Shown: positions 16,214 through 23,101 of the stretch, piece by piece
Layout: every line of letters starts with the position of its first letter
Position numbering within the stretch: the first letter of the stretch is position 1
From: Candidatus Saccharimonadota bacterium
GTDB taxonomy: Bacteria > Patescibacteriota > Saccharimonadia > Saccharimonadales > Saccharimonadaceae
Length of the DNA stretch: 32,000 nt
Direction: 5' to 3'
Assembly (NCBI RefSeq): GCF_025273655.1
Contig: NZ_CP045921.1
Location: 390,001 to 422,000, forward strand
Position numbers and translations under genes: made by a program
Notes under the pieces: model-generated
What the model was told of the DNA's origin: nothing
Seen by the model: only the letters and a program-made list of their open reading frames with translations
Databases searched by the model: none

Positions 16214-16882
16214 ATGCTCGACCATCATATCCAAAAAGCCATTGTTTACGCCCTCGCCTTTTCCGACGCGATGCGCTTTGGTGAGCTCAAGCCAGACGAG
16301 CTAGAGAACAAAGCTTTTGACTATCATTTAAAAAAAGTGGTAAAAGCCGGTTTGGTGGAGAAAACCGCAGAAGGATTGTATCGACTGACAAGTGAGGGTA
16401 AGCGTGTCGGTATTAGTGCGTCTCGCAAGCAGCTTGAGCGGCTTGACCAGGCGCGCTCTACCCTACTGCTCGCGCCTCGGCGTGCCAGTGACGGCGCGTG
16501 GCTGCTCATGCGACGCAAGGCGCAGCCTCTTATTGGTCTGCGAGGCTTTATGAACGCGCGGCCCACCGCCGAGCAACAGATTGTACGCACAGCCGAGCAA
16601 GTATGCAGGGAGCAGACGGGACTTGCCGGCATGTTCGTAGTTCATGGTGACGGGTATTTCCGTACCTACCGTGGGGGTGAGCTCGAAAGCTTCATCCATT
16701 TCACACTCCTAGTGTGCAACGATATTCAGGGAGAGTTGCACCAAAACAGTTCACTAGCGGAATACTACTGGGATACGGATCCCGACTGGTTGGCACCGGA
16801 TATGCTACCGAGCACTCAAACACTTCGCAAAATGCTTGCAGCTCCGGCGGGGTCGTCTGTGGACGAAAGGTTTGATATTTAG
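16214..16882 (+). CDS. Winged-helix DNA-binding protein with a degenerate Nudix-like C-terminal domain (tentative)
   Basis: The N-terminal KAIVYALAFSDAMRFGELK...HLKKVVKAGLVEK...YRLTSEGK looks wHTH-like. TAEQVCREQTGL resembles the AAxRELxEETGL Nudix box but lacks the R/E/E catalytic residues. Confidence 0.4.
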   Translation: MLDHHIQKAIVYALAFSDAMRFGELKPDELENKAFDYHLKKVVKAGLVEKTAEGLYRLTSEGKRVGISASRKQLERLDQARSTLLLAPRRASDGAWLLMRRKAQPLIGLRGFMNARPTAEQQIVRTAEQVCREQTGLAGMFVVHGDGYFRTYRGGELESFIHFTLLVCNDIQGELHQNSSLAEYYWDTDPDWLAPDMLPSTQTLRKMLAAPAGSSVDERFDI

Positions 16883-17002
16883 TCTGGTGTGCGCGTGTGA
16901 TTGTCTTCATATTGTTGCTCCTTGCTTATGTTTCTAGTATGAACTGTGAGCACTTAAAGCGCAGTGAAATGTTTTTCACTAACTAGCGTATACTTGTAGA
17001 GA

Positions 17003-17733
17003 GTGAATATTTTTCCGCATCTGCACTGGTATACGGAGTTGATTTACGAGACTGGCCGACAGCCAGCATTTGTCATGCTGGTAGCGTTTCTTGTTGCGTT
17101 TGCATCCGCGCGGGGCTATACGCTATTGCGAGGCATACCGGCTGGGGTAGCGTGCATTTGGGCGGAACACATACACACCACCTCGTATTTGGTGTAGTAC
17201 TGGCGCTGGCGGCAGCAAGCGTGCAGTTTGCACTTGGCCCGGCACTCGATACGCCGAGCCAGTTGTTGCTGGTAGCAATTTTTGGCGTGGGTGCAGCGCT
17301 CACACTCGACGAGTTTGCGCTGCTTTTTTATCTGAAAGATGTGTACTGGGATACCGATGGCCGTAAATCAATTGATGCGGTGGTGATGGCATTAGTGCTT
17401 GGTCTACTGCTCCTAATGCACACGAGTCCTTTCGGGACAAGTGAGAGTCGGCCGGTGTTTTATGTTTTGACTACACTACAGATTATCAACATGGTACCGG
17501 TGCTGTTCTGTGCGCTCAAAGGTAAACTCACCTTAGCTATCGTAGGCGTGTTCATCCCTATCTTTGCCTGGGTGGGTGCGCTGCGACTGGCTGAACCAAC
17601 ATCAATCTATGCACGTATTTACCACAAGAAGAAATTGGCTCGCGCGCAGAAGCGTTACGCCCACTACGACGAAGTATGGCAGCCTCGCAAAACTGCCATA
17701 CTGGACCTGATTGGGGGTAAACCGAGTCGCTAA
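17003..17733 (+). pseudogene. Membrane protein gene split by a frameshift (or sequencing error) around 17110-17150
   Basis: ORF 17003..17197 (GTG start, TM helix) and ORF 17152..17733 overlap by 46 nt in different frames. Frame 2 is open back to 16987 and reads ...AIARHTGWGSVHLGGTHTHHLVFG, which continues naturally from ...FLVAFASARGYT in frame 1. No SD before GTG 17152. A GGGG run lies at 17112-17115. Confidence 0.5.
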
Positions 17734-18503
17734 GTGGCGAGCTGCTCCGGGTGCTCGGCTGCTGCAGCTTCAAACGCTCGACGGACATCGCGCGGGGCGT
17801 GGCGGCGGATATCGACAGCGACTGGTGAATCTGGCTCCATGAGTTGCGCTACACTAGGACGAGCGCCGATGCTACGGCCATAATCTTCTATCTCACTGAG
17901 CAGCGCAAGTGACTTGTCTCGCACGGTGAGCTGAATATCAACTGGGTGACGATGCTCCATAGTACCGGGCATATCGTAGACAAGTGAACTAAGTGCGGCA
18001 TTCCCGATATAGCGACCAGCGCTCCTGGCCGCGCCGGCGGCGTGCTCACTCATGCCGGGCGTGTGGAGGTGGCGGTAATGCGCGCTAGCCATCATTTCGG
18101 CGAGTGTCAGATGTTTGAGTGTCTGTGCGGCGAGTTCTTGTTGTGACGCGTAGCGCCGCTCGGATGATCTAGTGCGAGCACCTTCGGCAACAAGGCCGAG
18201 CCGCAAGGGGTAAAACATCGCATCTTCGCGGGCTAGGTCATAATGGGCCGATCCGATTCCTACTCGTGCGATGATATCGCGCGCAGCATGCTGCGATGCG
18301 AGTGAATCAAATTGTGCGGGATTGAGTTGCTGCAATACGCGCACACCTCGTAACTCCATGTCAGCCACAAGCATGCCACGCTCGCTGCGACGCTTAGTGA
18401 TGATGTCTGGGTCGTCCGATGGGTACGGTACGAAATCCTCTAGGTCTTCGTAGATATCCCGTGGGAGATTAAGTTGTTTGGGCGGTCGTATAATTTCTTT
18501 CAT
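17730..18503 (-). CDS. Hypothetical protein (257 aa)
   Basis: Long ORF. CATAGT-N6-ATG upstream arrangement. No family recognised. Confidence 0.6.
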   Translation of the reverse strand: MKEIIRPPKQLNLPRDIYEDLEDFVPYPSDDPDIITKRRSERGMLVADMELRGVRVLQQLNPAQFDSLASQHAARDIIARVGIGSAHYDLAREDAMFYPLRLGLVAEGARTRSSERRYASQQELAAQTLKHLTLAEMMASAHYRHLHTPGMSEHAAGAARSAGRYIGNAALSSLVYDMPGTMEHRHPVDIQLTVRDKSLALLSEIEDYGRSIGARPSVAQLMEPDSPVAVDIRRHAPRDVRRAFEAAAAEHPEQLAT

Positions 18504-18584
18504 ACTTCCACTATGCAGCTCGAGACGAAAACAGTCAGTGAAGAGTTTTTCACTGACTGTTTGTTGCGAATGGCCAGGCAGTCG

Positions 18585-19148
18585 CTACACTTCTTCTACG
18601 AGTGCCTGGAACTTGCTGGCGAGTACGATGAGTACGGCACCCTGGATCACAGCGTACAGACCGAGAATCCAGACGAATGCCACGCCGCTTGCAGCTGGGT
18701 ATAGTAATACTACGATGCCAGCAATCAGACCGAGGGCGGCGCTAAACGCGTAGAGCCATTTGTTGTCGCTCACGGCTGGCTCTTTGCTGAAAAACGCCTG
18801 CACAAGATCGACTAGCCCGCGGATGACAAGTGTGAAGCCGACGATGAGCAAGAGCCACATCAGGGTAATCTCTGGATTGCGGATGAGGAATACACCAACA
18901 CCTAGGAGTGCAACCCCAAAGATGAGCTCCAGCCACCACAAACTAACTTTGCCGAGATTCATGAGGCTCTGGATGAGGAGTGTAATGCCCCAGATGAGCA
19001 CAAATAGACCGAATAAGACGGCGATAATGCTAACTGTTGCTTTTGGCCAAAACAGTGCTGCTATACCAAACAAAATCGATAATACCCCCTGCGAAACTAC
19101 CAGCCCGACGAGAGGCTGCGAGAATGATGTTACGGGTTTCTTTGCCAT
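18585..19148 (-). CDS. HdeD/DUF308 family membrane protein
   Basis: Repeated TM pairs with LSILFGIAALFWP...LFGLFVLIWGI, typical of DUF308. AAAGGAGAT SD before ATG 19148. TATACT (complement of 19179-19184). Confidence 0.7.
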   Translation of the reverse strand: MAKKPVTSFSQPLVGLVVSQGVLSILFGIAALFWPKATVSIIAVLFGLFVLIWGITLLIQSLMNLGKVSLWWLELIFGVALLGVGVFLIRNPEITLMWLLLIVGFTLVIRGLVDLVQAFFSKEPAVSDNKWLYAFSAALGLIAGIVVLLYPAASGVAFVWILGLYAVIQGAVLIVLASKFQALVEEV

Positions 19149-19234
19149 AATTTTATCTCCTTTTATGCTAGTGGCTCCAGTATACTCCGCCAAGATACAA
19201 AATAACACCCACATGGGGTGCTACTTTGCCAAGT

Positions 19235-19483
19235 CTATGCGCTCATGCCGAGTAGTGTCCAGACGCCGCGACCGCCGTCACGCAGCCAGAACTCACGATG
19301 TCCGTCACTGAGCGTAAGAATGTGTGTTTTCTCTGCTCCGCGCGTGACCGTGCAGCTGAGGCCGCGATCGACGAATTCATATGTACGGCCTTCGAGCTCG
19401 ATAGCTCGTGGATAGGCGCGCATGTCGCGTCCGAAACTCATGCGGGTGACATTGACTTGCCGGTTGATGTTAGATGTTTGCAT
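19235..19483 (-). CDS. Hypothetical protein (82 aa)
   Basis: AGGAG SD 8 nt upstream of ATG 19483. No family recognised. Confidence 0.45.
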   Translation of the reverse strand: MQTSNINRQVNVTRMSFGRDMRAYPRAIELEGRTYEFVDRGLSCTVTRGAEKTHILTLSDGHREFWLRDGGRGVWTLLGMSA

Positions 19484-19790
19484 ATTTGCACTCCTGACTC
19501 TTCTCTGTGTGGAAAAGGGCTAAATTTGATTTAGCGAACGGATTTTGGAGTGATCCAGCGGTGGATAGGAGTAGTTGACCGCTCTAGTTGCCTACTCTTT
19601 TTACCACGTTGGAGGTGTGAAGACGTCTGTCGAGACGCCGGTCGTGCTAGCTTGTAGGTGAAAAGGCGTTCCCACCAGTACCTCCATAGCTATAGCTAGT
19701 ATAGCGCGTCGACTCGCTGAGACGTCAAGCTATAGGTATTGTGAAATACGGCTTGTGTTTTAAGCAAAGCTCGCCTATGCTAGAGGTATT

Positions 19791-20051
19791 ATGGATTCCA
19801 ATACAGTTCTCGATGATGCGCAGCAAGATGACGAGCAGGCAGAGCTCAAAAACTTCACTCAGCATGGTATGACCGTGAGTCCGGTGTCTTCCGAGGAAGC
19901 TGTGCGACGAGATGCCGCATCGGTGATCCCTCGAATTCCCCTCCCCGGCGAGACGCTCGAAACCGTAGGTGAAACACACTCATATTCACCCGATCATTCG
20001 ACGCAAAATCTTGACGAACTGTCTGCTGAAGATATTCGCGAAGATTATTAG
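19791..20051 (+). CDS. Small acidic hypothetical protein (86 aa)
   Basis: AGAGG SD 5 nt upstream of ATG 19791. Confidence 0.4.
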   Translation: MDSNTVLDDAQQDDEQAELKNFTQHGMTVSPVSSEEAVRRDAASVIPRIPLPGETLETVGETHSYSPDHSTQNLDELSAEDIREDY

Positions 20052-20413
20052 ACAGACGGAACGTTTGAGCTGTTGCCGCGGTTTTGGCCGGGATAGTTGT
20101 TGCCGCGCATCTCTTGTTGCCGCATGCCAGGGCGCTCCATGGGGCGCATCGTGCGACTATGGCTCATAGCAACGCCAGTGATGTAGCCAAACAAGAAGAT
20201 GACGAGCGCGATACCCACGGCGGCGATCCAGGTGGACGGACGATTGTGGATGATAAGTGGTGCTGCGGGCTTAGTGACGACAGGGGTTTGTGTCTCGGCG
20301 GCTGCAGGTTGTACTTCTGCTTCAGCCTGTTCGATTGCCTCTGTTTCTACGGATGTAGTTTTGGCGGTACTATGTTTGACTGACTTGGGCGTTTCTGGTG
20401 CTGGTTCGCTCAT
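20048..20413 (-). CDS. Single-pass membrane protein, hypothetical (121 aa)
   Basis: TM helix WIAAVGIALVIFLFGYITGV. AAAGGA upstream of ATG 20413. Confidence 0.5.
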   Translation of the reverse strand: MSEPAPETPKSVKHSTAKTTSVETEAIEQAEAEVQPAAAETQTPVVTKPAAPLIIHNRPSTWIAAVGIALVIFLFGYITGVAMSHSRTMRPMERPGMRQQEMRGNNYPGQNRGNSSNVPSV

Positions 20414-20525
20414 GATTAGTATCCTTTCTTTTGTATCAGTGTGGCACGCAGTGTTGAAAGGAAGCTTGGAATACAGGCCTGCACACTAGCTTGGGTTCCT
20501 GTGTCACACAGACTGCATTAGAGTA

Positions 20526-20554
20526 TTGACATAATAAACTATTTATGCTATATT
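20526..20554 (+). promoter_or_regulatory. Near-consensus promoter TTGACA-N17-(TGC)TATATT for the 116-aa ORF
   Basis: TTGACA 20526-20531, 17-nt spacer ending in TGC (extended -10), TATATT 20549-20554. Confidence 0.6.
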
Positions 20555-20611
20555 ATATATGCTCTACTAGCAGTACCTCATATCCATGACATATTCGTCC
20601 GAAAGGCGACC

Positions 20612-20962
20612 ATGACCAATAGCACTGTCACCGACTCGATCGACATCATTCACGATGGTGAGCTGATCGAGAAGGGTCAACACATGATCACCCAGGTGAC
20701 TCGCGTCACCCGACAGATGATCGTGGAGTACCCGGCCCAGGTGAAGTTCGTCTCGAACCTCAGATTCGGCAGCACGATGCATGTATCACCTCCCACCTAC
20801 ACCTCCTTCTCGCAGTACAAGGAGACCAGCGTGGAGGTGGACGTGTACGACATGTACACACATGCAGTGGTCGTCTCCGATGTTGTGACAATCGGCATGC
20901 ACGCCGGTATGCGGCTGCACAGCCGTGTTGTCACCGAGGTGTACTACATCTCATGTGAGTAG
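20612..20962 (+). CDS. Hypothetical protein (116 aa), elevated GC
   Basis: GAAAGG SD (20601-20606). Own promoter and two downstream hairpins. Hand count of 20701-20760 gives 36 G+C of 60. No family recognised. Confidence 0.5.
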   Translation: MTNSTVTDSIDIIHDGELIEKGQHMITQVTRVTRQMIVEYPAQVKFVSNLRFGSTMHVSPPTYTSFSQYKETSVEVDVYDMYTHAVVVSDVVTIGMHAGMRLHSRVVTEVYYISCE

Positions 20963-20975
20963 CAGGTAGAGCGCG

Positions 20976-21009
20976 CGTCGATCCAGTTCATCTTCGGATT
21001 GGATCGACG
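20976..21009 (+). terminator. Strong hairpin directly after the 116-aa ORF (no U-tract)
   Basis: CGTCGATCCA (20976-20985) pairs with TGGATCGACG (21000-21009). Confidence 0.4.
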
Positions 21010-21038
21010 TAAGCTCGATATTAGTTATTTTCTTTCCT

Positions 21039-21069
21039 ACCTTGCAGCGCAAGGTATTTTTAATTTTTC
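21039..21069 (+). terminator. Intrinsic terminator: short hairpin plus T-rich tail
   Basis: ACCTTGC (21039-21045) pairs with GCAAGGT (21049-21055), followed by ATTTTTAATTTTT. Confidence 0.5.
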
Positions 21070-21149
21070 GGTCTATCTCTTTTGATCATCCTGGAATGTG
21101 TCAGACATGAGCTGTATGTCGGATTCATATCATGTGTCTAGGCTCTGGG

Positions 21150-21177
21150 TTGCAACTCTCGCTCGTAATCGTATACT
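21150..21177 (+). promoter_or_regulatory. Candidate promoter TTGCAA-N16-TATACT for the Gam-like gene
   Basis: TTGCAA 21150-21155, TATACT 21172-21177, about 40 nt upstream of GTG 21217. Confidence 0.45.
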
Positions 21178-21216
21178 GTTAGGTGTGCTCTTACTACAAC
21201 TATAGGAGGTGGTGGC

Positions 21217-21780
21217 GTGACCAACGCCGACCCAGCAGTGATTGCAAGTATCAACGGTCTCGTCGAAAGCCGGTTTCAGTTGGAAATCGAGCGAGAGGCC
21301 GAAAACCAGCGCTTTCAGACGGCAATAGCAGCTCTGACGCGCGAACACCAAGAGAAGCTCAACAGGTTTGCTGAGCGTGAGCGTGAGCTCGATCCTGATA
21401 TCTGGCGGTCTATTGATCACAACCGCTCTACACTGATCGTGCGAGGTAAGCGTTCTTTTGTCACTATTAGGGCAAAGTTCCAACTTCGCGAAGTGCCAGC
21501 CAAGCTTGAGGTGCTCGACAAAGTGAGTATCATGGAAGCTGCGCATCGCCTGGGTGTGGTGAAGCAAATCGCCAATCCACCAAAAGGTGGTTGGAGGTTC
21601 AACCAAAAGAAGTTCCTCGCCTGGTTGGCTAGTAGCGGCGATCTGTATCGACACTTCGAGCCATTCGTCGAACAGACAGACAAGACCGAGTCGCTGACCA
21701 TCCAGCCCAACACCAATTACACGGTGGAGCATGACAGTCAGCGCATCTCGCCGCCGTCTATCACTATCCAAAAGAGCTAG
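21217..21780 (+). CDS. Mu Gam-like (Ku-like) host-nuclease inhibitor family protein (tentative)
   Basis: GTG start with AGGAGG SD (21205-21210). The N-terminal coiled coil followed by HNRSTLIVRGKRSFVTIRAKFQLREVPAKLEVLDKVSIMEAAHRLGVVKQI...NQKKF aligns by eye with Mu Gam ANRDELTNGGKVKTANLVTGDVSWRVRPPSVSIRGMDAVMETLERLGLQRFI...INKEA. Confidence 0.5.
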   Translation: MTNADPAVIASINGLVESRFQLEIEREAENQRFQTAIAALTREHQEKLNRFAERERELDPDIWRSIDHNRSTLIVRGKRSFVTIRAKFQLREVPAKLEVLDKVSIMEAAHRLGVVKQIANPPKGGWRFNQKKFLAWLASSGDLYRHFEPFVEQTDKTESLTIQPNTNYTVEHDSQRISPPSITIQKS

Positions 21781-21833
21781 CCCCGCGCTACTCTCTGCCT
21801 TATCACTGGCAGGGTCTCGTTCGCGGGGCTTTG
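21779..21833 (+). terminator. Terminator-like hairpin after the Gam-like gene
   Basis: AGCCCCGCG (21779-21787) pairs with CGCGGGGCT (21822-21830), with an inner CTGCC/GGCAG helix, followed by TTT. Confidence 0.4.
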
Positions 21834-21865
21834 TCATACCTTAGCCACCCGATGCCTAATGATAG

Positions 21866-21894
21866 TTGACAAAAGTTTTCAATAGTTATAATAT
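21866..21894 (+). promoter_or_regulatory. Promoter TTGACA-N17-TAATAT (or N15-TATAAT) for the 143-aa ORF
   Basis: TTGACA 21866-21871, TATAAT 21887-21892 / TAATAT 21889-21894. The 5' UTR contains hairpin CTACGCC/GGCGTAG (21921-21937) and AGGAG SD (21951-21955). Confidence 0.55.
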
Positions 21895-21960
21895 ACACTT
21901 GTTGTCTCACCGAGGCGACTCTACGCCTTTGGCGTAGGAAGGAACGAGCTAGGAGCAGCA

Positions 21961-22392
21961 ATGCCCAAGATCGACGCCGCCGCACCCGTGGCACCCACGA
22001 AGGAAACCGTCAAGACCCCGCTCGACATCGCTGTCGACAAGGTCGTCGCCGAATCCGACTGCACGCCGGCCGAGGCCAAGACCATGATCACCGACTGGCT
22101 CACGCCGATCGTCGAGCGTTCGCGCATGACCGGCGGCACGGCCTACCCGTCCGACAGCGAGATGTTCGTCGGCGGCTACGGCTCCACCGAGAACACGCGT
22201 TCGTACGCGATCCTCGATCAGGTGATGCCCCACGGAGAGGCGTCGACCCCGGGCTCCGCGCACGAGGCCATCGAGAAGGTCGTACTCGACCCCAGTCGGG
22301 ACGAGTACGGACTCATCCACGATCAGACCGGTGACACGCAGCGCCACTGCACCGTCACCACCATGATCGGGACGGTCTCCGGCCTGAGCTGA
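21961..22392 (+). CDS. Acidic hypothetical protein (143 aa), strongly elevated GC
   Basis: Own promoter, SD and terminators. Hand count of 22021-22080 gives 40 G+C of 60. About 21 D/E versus about 11 K/R by hand count. No family recognised. Confidence 0.55.
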   Translation: MPKIDAAAPVAPTKETVKTPLDIAVDKVVAESDCTPAEAKTMITDWLTPIVERSRMTGGTAYPSDSEMFVGGYGSTENTRSYAILDQVMPHGEASTPGSAHEAIEKVVLDPSRDEYGLIHDQTGDTQRHCTVTTMIGTVSGLS

Positions 22393-22408
22393 TCGGCTCC
22401 TTCCAACC

Positions 22409-22443
22409 CCTGCGTGGTGGCTCACCTAGAGCCACCACGCAGG
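22409..22443 (+). terminator. 15-bp perfect hairpin after the 143-aa ORF
   Basis: CCTGCGTGGTGGCTC (22409-22423) pairs with GAGCCACCACGCAGG (22429-22443), with a 5-nt loop. Confidence 0.45.
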
Positions 22444-22468
22444 TGGAAGAACATTTGCTTCAAATCTT

Positions 22469-22495
22469 CCGTCGATTAGACGGCTTTTATTTTTG
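22469..22495 (+). terminator. Canonical intrinsic terminator
   Basis: CCGTC (22469-22473) pairs with GACGG (22479-22483), followed by CTTTTATTTTTG. Confidence 0.6.
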
Positions 22496-22606
22496 TCATT
22501 TGTAAAATGTACGATCTAGATAGTCTTTTGTCGGGCCGCGGCGGCTTACTGGCTCACAAAGACGTTCATCGGGAGAGCATGATGCCTGCTGTCTATGGTA
22601 TGATGT

Positions 22607-23101
22607 TCAGCTGCTATCTCTTTTCATTCTGTGCCACAGTCTCGGAATTACCTCGAAGCAAACCGTCACCAATATGATGAACAACACCATCCTCAGATCC
22701 CAATTATATTTATCTAGTACAAGGGCAACGATGATAAGCGACAAAAGTATTACGCCCATCGCCATATCCCAGCCTTCACGACTATACACCCAGCCAAATC
22801 GTACTATATAGTCTTCGGTGTTGGTCAAATCACCACCGCGTACGTTGTTGAGACCCTTTTCTTTCATGAGCTGGCGTGTGATTGTGTTCTCATACGTTTC
22901 CGCATGCTCTTTACTCACAATGCCTAGATCTTCAAACTTTTCAATTTCAATCGGCTTGTGCACCTTTGTCCAGTAGGCACCACGAATACCGAGTTGGTGC
23001 TCGCGAAAACGTGCCTCTGGCGTTTTCGATGTGATACCTACGTACCACTTTTCATTCTCAAGCTTGAGGATGTAAAGCCACCAACGTTTCTCAGACATCA
23101 T
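22607..23101 (-). CDS. GIY-YIG nuclease domain protein with two C-terminal TM helices
   Basis: WWLYILKLENEKWYVGITSKTPEARFREHQ...YENTITRQLM...NNVRGG fits the GIY...YIG...R...E...N pattern. C-terminal MAMGVILLSLIIVALVL and MVLFIILVTVCFEVI are hydrophobic helices. ATG-ATG at 23101/23098 overlaps the hsdR stop. The track's GTG 23113 is an alternative start. Confidence 0.7.
   Translation of the reverse strand: MMSEKRWWLYILKLENEKWYVGITSKTPEARFREHQLGIRGAYWTKVHKPIEIEKFEDLGIVSKEHAETYENTITRQLMKEKGLNNVRGGDLTNTEDYIVRFGWVYSREGWDMAMGVILLSLIIVALVLDKYNWDLRMVLFIILVTVCFEVIPRLWHRMKRDSS

Noticed and set aside
16701-16910. 69-aa minus ORF at the 3' end of the wHTH gene
   Set aside because: It lies mostly antisense to a better-supported gene, has no SD and no recognisable features.
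21130-21837. 235-aa minus-strand ORF covering the Gam-like gene
   Set aside because: The plus-strand ORF has an AGGAGG SD, a promoter, a downstream hairpin and recognisable Gam-like sequence. The minus ORF has none of these and reads as low-information sequence.
21949-22425. 158-aa minus-strand ORF mirroring the 143-aa high-GC gene
   Set aside because: It is Arg/Gly/Val-rich, typical of an antisense frame in high-GC DNA. The promoter, SD and terminators all fit the plus strand.
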